The notes: generated by a model from the letters alone, not told the origin. A stretch of DNA of 64,000 nt from Brachyspira murdochii (GCA_020722965.1 DYJT01000011.1:4554-68553), one strand, 5' to 3'; positions 26,301-35,648 are shown, counted from the stretch's first letter. Program-made: numbers and translations.

Positions 26301-26638
26301 TGACCAATTTCCTGAGGATTTTTTTCTTTTAACGAATCTATATAACCCAATAATAATTTATCATCTTTAATCTTTCTCAATAAGCTTACATCTTTTTTTT
26401 CAAAATAAGCTTTTACCTCGAATAAAAAGATCAAGATTCTGTCTTTTATCTCCTGCGCAGCTGCATTTGTAAATGTTACCAATATTATCTTGTCCGCTGG
26501 AATTCCATCCAGGATAAACTTTATGAAAAGCTGAGCTAAACAATGAGTCTTCCCTGTTCCGGCACTGGCTTCTATAAGATATTCTTTATTGTCAAAATTT
26601 GATTCAAAAATAAATTCAACACTATTCGCTTTCCCCAT
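23357..26638 (-). CDS. recB: Exodeoxyribonuclease V beta subunit RecB (UvrD-like helicase plus PD-(D/E)xK nuclease)
   Basis: Motifs EASAGTGKTH and VDEFQDTD, with C-terminal nuclease motifs GFIDLLF...IIDWKTN and QYYLYS. I prefer the ATG at 26638 (purine-rich AAGGGA upstream) over the ORF-track start at 26668. Confidence 0.85.
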   Translation of the reverse strand: MGKANSVEFIFESNFDNKEYLIEASAGTGKTHCLAQLFIKFILDGIPADKIILVTFTNAAAQEIKDRILIFLFEVKAYFEKKDVSLLRKIKDDKLLLGYIDSLKEKNPQEIGHYILNLEKAIFDFDKIISSTIHSFTIRLCKEFESELGLGFNYEFAKDYKRLNFEILKRFLYDNQYLIKDFNNIINEDKANELKNNEIKIKTYDYNFIKQFLELQKFIENQRLSSADANYSVDIEEKYFNQFFKFYTQNSFNLKMELKDFSFNDSIELLLKNLSSNSSIKEKISKRFEVLIVDEFQDTDKMQVELFQKIFSGKKVFYIGDPKQSIYGFRGGDLYNYLNIENTIPEENKIKLFKTYRSTKVVTYFINRFSELLYVYEDYKTDSEDKSLQIKYKEVESARQDSDNIFSEVNIYEIPAEKENKYSFYKKIATRIIQKIEELKRKDENLNLGDIAILIKNKVDIETYYRIFTEKKFPVALKIFKSVFKTDEAIFIYYLLSAIIYKNRITEVKRLVSTNYFTFSFDYINRNIASIYSELILPLETLHQDWEKHGIFSVFENIFLNSIFPIKYFNPFTIKDYERRLTNIRQIFEFLAINFSDQDISLNNQLDFLKNLISQNFDEDQMDLSSMRLENEENAVIISTIHSAKGLEYNTVFCPKLFVNASINKGTYIYYEEDNGYWIKKFRLSSNIKTNKDTKKDLKNKINKKIRDTLNLQNYNTFYVATTRAKNNLYIFIEKDEEKEDENSEKNKNNINKLIKNLKRIYPIDYDSFEEKKLEIDIKENNLSKISNIKKAEELDTGIFNEKIENSYSYSSIVHIHNLPKESEKTRKIALEYVIDFKPFTQENSYDFEERYSSFMGKIAGNIFHETMQNIFNNKQDIKEEINQEFIEKIKNISEKIIIKYYRSKDIIKNFVDENTNLVINTLKAEIPLLKKRIIDIDNALSEVEFFAKARKNNLLSFYKACNRKVSEKELKEVFINGYYRGFIDLLFIENNTINIIDWKTNNLSDLTQEDFQGNVIDKNIIDRAMIKNNYDIQYYLYSAAVYKYIKVNKLPYDFINIYYFFVRYVDEKNNNGVYSKKIDKDQLEELSKILLE

Positions 26639-29600
26639 TCTTTTTCCCTTTTTTATTGGATAAATCATATAGTTCTATAATTTTTTTTTCAAATTTTTCT
26701 ATATTTTCATAATTTTCTTTAAACATATTATTTTTGATTGCTCTATCAAAGATCCATTTTTTAAAATAAGAAAAAATATTGAAATTTTCGCTATAATTAT
26801 AGTCGCTAACAAAAATAGAATTCTCCCAATGGGCAACAATCTTATCCAAATTAATTCTCCCAAACTCTAAATATGATTCTTTATTATAATCTATTTCAAA
26901 TATTGGTATAAAATTTTTAAAAAAGATCATCAATTTATAAATTTCAAGAATATCTAATAATAAACAATCTTGCGATTCTTCCTTAATATTTTCAGATTTC
27001 CCATTTATTTTCAAAAGTTTTAAATTTTTATATGTTTCAGTAATAGCTTCCCTTTTTATATCAAAATCTTCCAATTGATAAAATTTCCCCAATAAACATT
27101 TATAAAGATAATTTTTAATTTTGTCATTTGGATTTTTTTTACTATCTTTTGAGTTTTTTGAATAATAGATTATTGCTTTTTCAGTTTCATTTTCTAAAAT
27201 TAACCAATATTTGATTTTTAATTTGAGATCTAACTTTTCAATTGGGATTATTCTTGTTTCTTCTTTTATCTCTAACTGATCGATATCAAAATTTAAACTA
27301 TTTGCTCTATTTACTAAATTTTCATCTATAACATTTATAAAGCTTGTTACATCGGATTGGAATAATTGGCTTTCTATTTCGGCTAAAGAGCCACGATGAT
27401 TCAAATATTTAATTTTTAAACAATCGGAATGTTCTTCAAACAATGGGTAATTATTTCTTCTTTTTTTTAATATTAATTTTAATAGTTCTATAAAATATCT
27501 TTGATATTTAATTTTTGAAACATATTTATCGAATTCTGATTCAACTTTTTGATTATTTATGTATTTTTGAATATTCAAAACCTTTTTTAAATAATGTTCG
27601 ACAGGTGAAATTATGAATTCAACAAGATCCTCAAAATCAATGGTATTAGTTTGATCTATTATTTCTGCCTTAAAATCTTTTGAATCTATAAATTTATCTG
27701 AATTATCTTTGAAAATCTTCTCTAAAAGATTTTCCCACCCTTTATTAAAAGTCACAAATTTATAATTTTCTTCATCAAAATATTTTTTGCTAAATGGTTG
27801 AAGTGGCATCAGATTTTTTTCTAACTTTATTTCTTTTTTCAAGATATCTGAAATCAAGTTTATATCCTGTTCCAACATCGTTATTAAAATTGATGGAGAT
27901 ATATCCTTATTACTAATAGGATCTTTACCAACATAACTTAATATTAAAAAATCTTTTGCAGATAAAATTGTCTGTAAAAATAGATATTTATCTGATTCCC
28001 TTAAATCCCTATCCCAGCTTTTCTTCTTATTAACAAGTAAATCATAGGAAAGATTAATTGAACTGCGAGGATAATTATCGTCACTTAGTCCCAATATTAC
28101 TATTACCCTTGCCGGGATATTTCTCAAGGTTATTAAATTTGAAAATAAAATTTTACCTTTGGTATAACCATAACTATATGGATAGGATTTCAAATATAAG
28201 ATTAAAAGATCTACCAATCTATTAAATGGGATTTGAATATCTTTTTTCCCAAAGTTCTGTTCAAAATTATTATAACCTAGTTCAATATCATTTAAAAAAT
28301 TTATAATTTTATTTCTATAGTATATGATTTCATCATGATACTCTTGTATATCTATAAAAAAAGTAGATAATAAATTTTCAAAAAAATTTCTGTATTCCTC
28401 TATATTATGAGTACTTTTTGCGAATTTATAAAAATATAAAATGTTAAGATAAATTGAATAAATTTTTTCGATTATCGTTAAAAATTCACCCTCAATTTCT
28501 GAATTTAAATTAATTATCTTATCTTTATATTTATTATAGACATTATTATCATAATATGAATTAGAAGATAAATATCCGATATAATATGTTAAAAAATTAG
28601 ATTCAATATCAAATTGAAATGAATTCGATTTATTAATATAATAACTACCTTTTATTTGTTTATAATAATTTGTTATATCTTCATAATCTACTCCCCATAC
28701 ATAATCTGAAAAAAGATCAGAAAATGAATCTATATCTTCATAATCAATTTCAAATTTTTTCATTATCATTTCATTTGAAATAAAATTTAAAAAATCTTTT
28801 TTGCTAAAATTAGATCTTAAAACTTCAAATAAAAGATTTAATAAATTAAATATATCAGAATTCTTAAAATTATCTTTATCCACTAACATATAAGGAAGGG
28901 AAGGACTCTGTAAATCAAAAACATTTTCTATAAAAGGCTGATATTTTGAAATATCGGGAGCCATCACAAAAATATCTTCATAGTTAAGGCTCTGATCCTT
29001 ACTTAAAATATAGCAAATCTTGTCTTTAACAGTCTCAATTTCCCTTAGTTTAGTATAATTTATCAAAATCTCTATGGAATTATCATCTACTAGATTAATA
29101 TTGGAAAGATCGTTTCCCTTGATAAAGTTTTGATATACATTTAGTAGAGTTTTGTCATCAGACTTTGCCTCATTTTTTCTACTTTTAAAATTTAATTTTT
29201 CAATTATATTATTATTTGTATAAGTAAAATATTTTAAAAAATCATTTATAAATTCTTTTTGATTATCAAAGCAAAATTTTAGTAATAATGAGGTTTTTTC
29301 TTCAGAATGGGTATTCTTTTCATTTTTATTTAAAATAGATAAAGGAACCCAAAAATAAAAATTTATATCTACAAATTTGGAGATAGTTTTTAAAAAATCG
29401 ATATAAAAATATGGAATATTGTCAAATCCTATAATAAATAAAGGGTTTGATGGGAAATTGGATTTAAAATTTTTATCTTTTAATCTTTTACCAATATTAA
29501 ATTTAATATTTTCAAAATTACTATTTATGATAAGTTTTATCAATTCTATCTGAAATTGGTTCTGGTAAATTTTACCTTCTTCTATTAATTCACCAAGGTT

Positions 29601-30086
29601 GCTAAAATAATCGGTATTTACACTATTTAAATCTTGCCATTGAAGAATTTCCCATTCATCAAAATTTCTATATGTTTCATATTGCTCGTAAAGATCTGAA
29701 AATTTATATAAAAAAACAACAAAATTATCAAATTTTTCTGTTTGCTCTATTTCTTCTTCCTTTGCTTTATCGTAAAAAAATGAATATAAATACCAAAACA
29801 CAATATTCTTGTTTTCAAGTTTTAACTCGGGATTTAAAAAGAATTTTGAATATTCGTTAAATAAAGATTGAAGATTAAAAGTTTTAATATTAAGCAAGAC
29901 AGATCTTTTCTCTATGAATTTGTAATATAGATATTTGCTTATACCTTGAGTTTGAGTAATGATTATAGGATTATTCGATATATTTTGAATACCTTCTTTC
30001 TTATTTTCAATTATGTTTATATAATCCTCGATAACTTTTGATATCATTTTATCAAATGAATCATAAAACAAGATTTTATACGACAT
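26622..30086 (-). CDS. recC: Exodeoxyribonuclease V gamma subunit RecC
   Basis: 1154 aa, directly upstream of and overlapping recB. It has no intact Walker A. The size, the N-terminal pattern (..IIITQTQGISKYL..) and the recC-recB-recD gene order fit RecC rather than AddB. Confidence 0.7.
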   Translation of the reverse strand: MSYKILFYDSFDKMISKVIEDYINIIENKKEGIQNISNNPIIITQTQGISKYLYYKFIEKRSVLLNIKTFNLQSLFNEYSKFFLNPELKLENKNIVFWYLYSFFYDKAKEEEIEQTEKFDNFVVFLYKFSDLYEQYETYRNFDEWEILQWQDLNSVNTDYFSNLGELIEEGKIYQNQFQIELIKLIINSNFENIKFNIGKRLKDKNFKSNFPSNPLFIIGFDNIPYFYIDFLKTISKFVDINFYFWVPLSILNKNEKNTHSEEKTSLLLKFCFDNQKEFINDFLKYFTYTNNNIIEKLNFKSRKNEAKSDDKTLLNVYQNFIKGNDLSNINLVDDNSIEILINYTKLREIETVKDKICYILSKDQSLNYEDIFVMAPDISKYQPFIENVFDLQSPSLPYMLVDKDNFKNSDIFNLLNLLFEVLRSNFSKKDFLNFISNEMIMKKFEIDYEDIDSFSDLFSDYVWGVDYEDITNYYKQIKGSYYINKSNSFQFDIESNFLTYYIGYLSSNSYYDNNVYNKYKDKIINLNSEIEGEFLTIIEKIYSIYLNILYFYKFAKSTHNIEEYRNFFENLLSTFFIDIQEYHDEIIYYRNKIINFLNDIELGYNNFEQNFGKKDIQIPFNRLVDLLILYLKSYPYSYGYTKGKILFSNLITLRNIPARVIVILGLSDDNYPRSSINLSYDLLVNKKKSWDRDLRESDKYLFLQTILSAKDFLILSYVGKDPISNKDISPSILITMLEQDINLISDILKKEIKLEKNLMPLQPFSKKYFDEENYKFVTFNKGWENLLEKIFKDNSDKFIDSKDFKAEIIDQTNTIDFEDLVEFIISPVEHYLKKVLNIQKYINNQKVESEFDKYVSKIKYQRYFIELLKLILKKRRNNYPLFEEHSDCLKIKYLNHRGSLAEIESQLFQSDVTSFINVIDENLVNRANSLNFDIDQLEIKEETRIIPIEKLDLKLKIKYWLILENETEKAIIYYSKNSKDSKKNPNDKIKNYLYKCLLGKFYQLEDFDIKREAITETYKNLKLLKINGKSENIKEESQDCLLLDILEIYKLMIFFKNFIPIFEIDYNKESYLEFGRINLDKIVAHWENSIFVSDYNYSENFNIFSYFKKWIFDRAIKNNMFKENYENIEKFEKKIIELYDLSNKKGKKNGESE

Positions 30087-30261
30087 CTTATAAAACCCTT
30101 TAATATATTTTAAAATTACAATAATATTTGCCCATTATTTGTCAATTTTTATTTTATTGACACTACTTTCATTTTATATAAATTTATATAAATTTTTTAT
30201 ATCTTTAGTTTTAATTTATTATTAACTTATTCTTATTTTATCTCAAAATTTTAATAATTAA

Positions 30262-31398
30262 ATGAGGAGATTAAAATTGAAAGAACTTTTTATAGGTTTT
30301 GTAAATTTGAATTGGCAATCTTCTGTCATGATTTTAGTTGGTCTTATCTTAATCTGGCTTGCCATAAAAAAAGAATATGAACCTTTACTTCTTTTACCTA
30401 TAGGTTTTGGAACTATACTCGTAAATCTCCCATTATCCGTCGCTCTTGAACATGAAGGAGTTACTGGATTTTTAAAAATACTTTTCGATGCCGGGATTGC
30501 AACTGAGCTTTTCCCTATACTAATATTCATAGCTGTTGGGGCGATGTGTGATTTTACCCCAATGTTCAAGCAACCTGTGATGATGTTTTTTGGCGCTGCT
30601 GCTCAATTTGGTGTTTTTGCCACGATTTTGTTCGCCTCAACACTTGGATTTGATTTTAAAGTTGCAAGCGCAATAGGGATAATAGGTGCTGCTGATGGTC
30701 CTACAGCAATATATGTAGCATCAAGATTTGCAAAAGAATATTTGGGTCCCATTTCTGTCGCTGCTTATTCTTATATGTCTTTAGTTCCATTGATACAACC
30801 GGTTGTAATTAAGTTATTGACAACAAGAAAAGAAAGAATGACAAAGATGAAAAAGATAGATAAATCTATACCTGCTAGTTTAAGAATCGGCTTTCCTATT
30901 GTCGTCACCATAACTACTGGTTTAATTGCCCCAATGAGTGTTCCTTTAATTGGTTCATTGATGTTTGGTAATCTTTTAAAAGAATCTGGTGTGGTAGAAA
31001 GATTATCTAAAACAGCACAAAATGAGCTTGGTTCAATAGTTACTCTTCTTCTTGGTATAAGCATTGGCTCAACAATGGAAGCACATCGATTTTTGACTTT
31101 AGCCACACTAAAAATAATTGGCCTCGGTCTTATTGCTTTTATTTTTGATACTGCAGGAGGAGTATTGTTCGCAAAATTTATCAATCTTTTTATAAAGGTT
31201 AAAATAAATCCTATGATTGGAGCCGCTGGTATTTCGGCATTTCCAATGAGTGCCAGGGTAATTCAAAAAATAGCTTCAGATGAAAGTCCAGACAACTTCT
31301 TAATAATGCAGGCTGTAAGCGCAAATGTATCTGGACAACTTGGTTCTGTTATAGCTGGAGGACTTGTTCTCGCACTTGTCCCAATTTTATTTGGTTAA
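30262..31398 (+). CDS. Na+-translocating decarboxylase beta subunit (OadB/GcdB/MmdB family)
   Basis: 378 aa, polytopic, with family motifs EPLLLLPIGFG, GAADGPTAIYVASRFA and GAAGISAFPMSARV. The TTG at 30277 is an alternative start. Confidence 0.85.
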   Translation: MRRLKLKELFIGFVNLNWQSSVMILVGLILIWLAIKKEYEPLLLLPIGFGTILVNLPLSVALEHEGVTGFLKILFDAGIATELFPILIFIAVGAMCDFTPMFKQPVMMFFGAAAQFGVFATILFASTLGFDFKVASAIGIIGAADGPTAIYVASRFAKEYLGPISVAAYSYMSLVPLIQPVVIKLLTTRKERMTKMKKIDKSIPASLRIGFPIVVTITTGLIAPMSVPLIGSLMFGNLLKESGVVERLSKTAQNELGSIVTLLLGISIGSTMEAHRFLTLATLKIIGLGLIAFIFDTAGGVLFAKFINLFIKVKINPMIGAAGISAFPMSARVIQKIASDESPDNFLIMQAVSANVSGQLGSVIAGGLVLALVPILFG

Positions 31399-31412
31399 AA
31401 TGGAGTGTGTTT

Positions 31413-31583
31413 ATGAATGAAATTATTCGAATAGCTCAAAATGGAAATAATCTTGTTAAAAGCTTGATCTTGATGATCCTTGCAGTACCCGTAACCTTCT
31501 TTGTCCAACTTCTATTCTATTTGATTATTCATATATGGATTAAGACAGATAAAAGTGAAAAGAAAGATAATATCAAAAAATGA
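31413..31583 (+). CDS. 56-aa single-TM mini-protein, possibly an OadG-like gamma subunit (absent from the ORF track)
   Basis: ATG at 31413, 15 nt after the oadB-like stop, with GGAG at 31402-31405. Translation: MNEIIRIAQNGNNLVKSLILMILAVPVTFFVQLLFYLIIHIWIKTDKSEKKDNIKK. It has one central TM and a basic tail; the stop is TGA at 31581-31583. Confidence 0.45.
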   Translation: MNEIIRIAQNGNNLVKSLILMILAVPVTFFVQLLFYLIIHIWIKTDKSEKKDNIKK

Positions 31584-31850
31584 AAATATATTTTTGAATA
31601 TTTCTTCATAATATCTTTTCCCCCAACCTTCATCTAACTTTCACCTTTGGTCATTACTTAAAAATGTTGAGTAAAAGTCAAAAAGTAAATTCTCTTTATG
31701 TTTGTTATTTCCTCTAAACATCTTTCATCCCATTTATTTATTGAAGAAATATTAGATTTTTATTTATTTTTTTCAAGTTTAATATACCTTTTTTCAGGTG
31801 AGCTATAATTTATTATTAATCATAATTTTCGCTTTAAAAAGGAGGTGATC

Positions 31851-32831
31851 TTGGGAAAAGCAGATACCCGTATTTGGTCTATAGATCATTTTAGGGGTTT
31901 TGCTATCATCATGATGATACTGGCCAATTACATGAATCCTATCAAAGCTATTCCTTCCTGGCTCAAACACGCCCCTGACATTGGCCTAACCTTTATAGAC
32001 TTAATTGCTCCTTTTTTTATTTTCGCTATAGGCTTGACATTAGGGCTATCATTTAAACATCACTGTGAACGAGATGGATTAAAAACTACCGTTAGCCATT
32101 TTGTCAAAAGGTGGTTTAGTCTTATTGGAATTGGGGCGATAATCACCGCAGGAGAATTTCAATTTGGAATATCTAAAAGCATCGTCCCCTGGGGAGTCCT
32201 TCAAGCCATTGGATTTTCTGGCTTGGTCGTAATGGGTTTCGTCTTAAGAAAAACATGGATAAGGTTTGTAGTAGGAACAGGGATATTAATAGCATACCAA
32301 ATTCTTCTCAACAAGTTCTGGTTAAAGGAAGTTTTGGGTTCCAACCATGGCGGACTTCTGGGGGCTTTTTCCTGGGCTGGAATGTTGATGCTCAGTACTG
32401 TTATAGCAGATCTTTTTCATGACAAAAAATTAAAGTATAGTCTATACCTAATTTTTTCAATATTCACTCTAACCATAGGAGTTTGCCTGCATATCTTTTC
32501 CCCGGTTTATTTCCCAATAAGCAAAAACCGGGTTAGTATATCCTACGACCTTGTAAGTTTGGGTATAGCGGCTCTTATCTTTTTTCTTTTTCATATTGTA
32601 AATGATATCGCCAAAATCAAATCTGGCTTTCTTACAAGTTTTGGGAAAAATCCATTGCTACTATATATCGCACATTATTTTTTACTGGCTATTTTTTATC
32701 TACCCAACATCCCGCTCTGGTATAAAGATACCACATTATGGCTAGCCTCTTTGCAAATGGCTTTTCTAATATCTATACTATGGCTTTTGGCTTGGTGGTT
32801 GGATAAAAAAAAGATTGTAGTGGCGCTTTAA
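31851..32831 (+). CDS. Polytopic membrane protein, HGSNAT/DUF1624-like acyltransferase family
   Basis: The N terminus RIWSIDHFRGFAIIMMILANY is typical of this family, and there are about 10 TM spans. GGAGG at 31841-31845 overlaps the ORF-track GTG at 31845, so TTG at 31851 (5-nt spacing) is the likelier start. Confidence 0.55.
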   Translation: MGKADTRIWSIDHFRGFAIIMMILANYMNPIKAIPSWLKHAPDIGLTFIDLIAPFFIFAIGLTLGLSFKHHCERDGLKTTVSHFVKRWFSLIGIGAIITAGEFQFGISKSIVPWGVLQAIGFSGLVVMGFVLRKTWIRFVVGTGILIAYQILLNKFWLKEVLGSNHGGLLGAFSWAGMLMLSTVIADLFHDKKLKYSLYLIFSIFTLTIGVCLHIFSPVYFPISKNRVSISYDLVSLGIAALIFFLFHIVNDIAKIKSGFLTSFGKNPLLLYIAHYFLLAIFYLPNIPLWYKDTTLWLASLQMAFLISILWLLAWWLDKKKIVVAL

Positions 32832-33152
32832 AAATTTAAAAACATAAGTTAAAATCATTAAAATAGTTGATAAAATTATAATTAGATCTATTAATTAACT
32901 ATAATTAACAAATTTAATAAAACATTTTATTTTCATAATAGTTTAATTTAATTAGGCTTAAATTGTTTTTCTTGTTTGTTTTAATTTAAGTTTAAATTTT
33001 TTATTTAATTTCGAATTAAATAAAATGAAGAAGAAGTAGTATTTTTTAATTTGAATTTAAGAAATTTGAAATAAAAAATTAAAAAAGATAGGATAGTTTT
33101 TTATTAAGAATAAACAATTTTATAAATTCAAAAAGTTTTAATGGAGTTATTC

Positions 33153-34394
33153 ATGAAAAAATTAATATTTTCGATGATAGTTTTTTTATTTCTTTTATCT
33201 TTTTTTCAGATTAATCTTCTTGCCAATGAAAATCCTAACAAATTTATCTTTTCTCCATTTCCCGGGATTAACTATCCATTTCAAGTAGATACAATAAGTT
33301 GTGGTATAGGCCTTTTCGGTCTGGTAATTCCATCTTATGATGGTTTTGTTTTTTCATTTATTTTTAATGATGTTAAAGACTATTCAGAGGGGCTTGGTAT
33401 AGCATTTTTATTTCAAACCTATAAGAATGGCTATTCTGGTATAATTTTAAGTGGTGGTTTTAATTTAGTTTTGAAAGATTACAAGGGTTTTGAGTTTGGC
33501 TTCTTTTCGAATATGAACTTTGGTAAATTTTCAGGTATCCAATTAGGCATGCTTAACTTTAACTCTGATGATTACAATGGGCTACAAATTGGTTTTATCA
33601 ATATTAACATGAAACAGGTAGATGGCTTTTCATTTTCACTTGTATCTTTCAATAGAAATTTTAATAATTCTCTTATTTTTTCACTTTTTGCAAACTTCAA
33701 TTTTGGTGATTCTTCCGGAATCAAATTAGGATTTTTAAATTACAACAGTAAAAGTTTTGAAGGTATCCAAATTGGGATTATCAACATTGCATCGGAATTT
33801 AGTGGTTTTCAAATAGGTATTATCAACATAGCAAAAAATGCCGAAGGATTATCTTTAGGATTGTTTAATTTTTTCAAAAATGGATACAACAGAATTGAAT
33901 TAACATTCAATGAATTAGGATTTATAAAGTTAAATTTTAAATGGGGTGATAGAAAATTTTACAATATAGTTGGCTACGGTATGGATGATACTCAGGAGAA
34001 ATTTCAAAGTACCTTTGGTTTTGGCACAAACTTAAAGCTCTTTTTCTTTAATTTTGATGTTGAATTTCTATTAATTGGTAATTCTAACATTAATAGCTTC
34101 GATCAAAACCTCTATTTTTTAAACTATAATGATTTGGACTTTTTTTTAGGTGGTCTATTTTATCTAATCCTGGGTGATACAAGTTCATTTTCTTTAAGAT
34201 TTAATCTTTCAGTTCCTCTTGGATTTGTTGAGATATTTGCGGGCATATCTTATCACCTGGGGTTCAAGCTTGATCCAGAAACTGCGACTTTTTCATGGTA
34301 CAAGCCATCTGAAGCACCTTCATTATTTTCTGATTTCGCATTTTTCCAATATTCCTGGTTTGGCTTTTCCTTAGGTATTCAATTTCGTTTATAG
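33153..34394 (+). CDS. Secreted repeat protein built from G-x-Q/K/S-[LI]-G-x-x-N units, probably an all-beta surface or outer-membrane protein
   Basis: The signal peptide is MKKLIFSMIVFLFLLSFFQINLLANE. The start is set to ATG 33153, with GGAG 6 nt upstream. There are at least 7 repeat units of about 14-16 aa, e.g. GIQLGMLNF, GLQIGFINI, GIKLGFLNY, GIQIGIINI, GFQIGIINI and GLSLGLFNF. Confidence 0.55.
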   Translation: MKKLIFSMIVFLFLLSFFQINLLANENPNKFIFSPFPGINYPFQVDTISCGIGLFGLVIPSYDGFVFSFIFNDVKDYSEGLGIAFLFQTYKNGYSGIILSGGFNLVLKDYKGFEFGFFSNMNFGKFSGIQLGMLNFNSDDYNGLQIGFININMKQVDGFSFSLVSFNRNFNNSLIFSLFANFNFGDSSGIKLGFLNYNSKSFEGIQIGIINIASEFSGFQIGIINIAKNAEGLSLGLFNFFKNGYNRIELTFNELGFIKLNFKWGDRKFYNIVGYGMDDTQEKFQSTFGFGTNLKLFFFNFDVEFLLIGNSNINSFDQNLYFLNYNDLDFFLGGLFYLILGDTSSFSLRFNLSVPLGFVEIFAGISYHLGFKLDPETATFSWYKPSEAPSLFSDFAFFQYSWFGFSLGIQFRL

Positions 34395-34407
34395 GAGAAA
34401 TAAAATA

Positions 34408-34680
34408 ATGGCAGAAATTATTGTCGAAAAACCCGATCAAGAAAAGCTACAAAAACTTAAAGTAAAATCCTGGCCTATATGGGAAAAAGAACCCAGTAAC
34501 TTCCCGTGGGAATATGATGAAATCGAAACTTGCTACTTTTTAGAGGGAAAGGTTTATATTCAAACCGAAGATGGTAAAGAAATACAAATTGGCAAAGGCG
34601 ATCTTGTTACCTTTCCAAAGGGTTTGAAATGTAGATGGAAAATTGTTGAAAAGGTTAAAAAGCATTATTCTTTTGGCTAA
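34408..34680 (+). CDS. Small cupin (DUF861/cupin_3-like) protein
   Basis: 90 aa with the pattern WPIWEKEPSNFPWEYDEIETCYFLEGKV...GDLVTFPKGLKCRWKI. GGAGA lies 8 nt upstream. Confidence 0.65.
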   Translation: MAEIIVEKPDQEKLQKLKVKSWPIWEKEPSNFPWEYDEIETCYFLEGKVYIQTEDGKEIQIGKGDLVTFPKGLKCRWKIVEKVKKHYSFG

Positions 34681-35617
34681 ATGATTTTGCATAACAGTAA
34701 ACACAGTTAAACTTGCATGTATTATACTGTCCTATATCTTTACTAATTATACAACGACAATCTTTTCTTTGCCCTTTATCTTTTAAATTTTTTGTATTTT
34801 TTAAAAATTCCATCAGTAGTTTATCTTCATAAAATAGTTTGCTCATCAGCTTATCATCGATGCAGCTGTTATGCGAGATTCCAAAATCGAAAAGATTAAT
34901 ATTTTCAGAACAGGTAGAGACAGAAAATTCAGGATTTATTTTTTTATATTCACTGTAATATTTATAAAACCTTTTAGCAAATTCTATTTTTTGGATATCG
35001 CTAAATTCAAGATTTGAAATATTTTCTTTATTAAATCTTTCTCGATTAAAATTTATAAAATTCCTTTGAACTTTCTTATATTGCATTATATCGACAAAAC
35101 TTATGACAAGTTTATCCGTATAATCTATTAATATTTTCAATATCGAGTTTATCTTATTTATAAGTCTATCTATATAATCTTCTTCGTATAATATAAGAGG
35201 ATCAAATCTTAATATTACCTTTTCTTTACCAATTTTTAAAGACAACTTCTTAAAAAGCTCAACTCTTTTATTTAGCGAAGGAAGATCTGGTTCAATGCCT
35301 TCATCTTCATAATCATTAATGGTAAATTGAAAGTAATAATTTATCTTCTTTTTATCTAGAATTTCAAGATAAGGTAAAATCCTGTAAGGGTATTTACTCC
35401 AAAAAACAATAACCCTCGTATTTTTAACAGAAACATATTGAATCTTTCTATTAAAGGGATTGATCCATTTAAAATATCCTTTTTCAAAATTATTGAAAAA
35501 CCAATCTGAATAAAAAGCCGGTATATCTGTGGCTCGGCTTGCAGATAAGATTATTGGATAAACTGCCTGTACAACTTCTTTATTTTCTAAAATTAGATCT
35601 TTTTTTTCTAAAATCAT
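34655..35617 (-). CDS. DUF1848-family protein with a C-terminal Cys cluster
   Basis: 320 aa with N-terminal SASRATDIPAFYSDWF. The C-terminal sequence is CRCIISKDIGQYNTCKFNCVYCYA (CxC-x11-C-x3-C-x2-C). Confidence 0.65.
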   Translation of the reverse strand: MILEKKDLILENKEVVQAVYPIILSASRATDIPAFYSDWFFNNFEKGYFKWINPFNRKIQYVSVKNTRVIVFWSKYPYRILPYLEILDKKKINYYFQFTINDYEDEGIEPDLPSLNKRVELFKKLSLKIGKEKVILRFDPLILYEEDYIDRLINKINSILKILIDYTDKLVISFVDIMQYKKVQRNFINFNRERFNKENISNLEFSDIQKIEFAKRFYKYYSEYKKINPEFSVSTCSENINLFDFGISHNSCIDDKLMSKLFYEDKLLMEFLKNTKNLKDKGQRKDCRCIISKDIGQYNTCKFNCVYCYAKSFSQKNNAF

Positions 35618-35648
35618 TAGAATCTTCTTTTTATTTTTTCCTTAATAC

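Noticed and set aside
30258-31184. - strand ORFs (103 and 137 aa) inside the OadB-like gene
   Set aside because: They are antisense shadows of a highly conserved membrane subunit gene, with no independent signals.
32832-33152. A 320-bp intergenic region considered as a possible large ncRNA locus
   Set aside because: It is almost pure A/T with no GC-rich stems or conserved-looking motifs. This contrasts sharply with the riboswitch, rnpB and tRNA regions, which stand out by composition.
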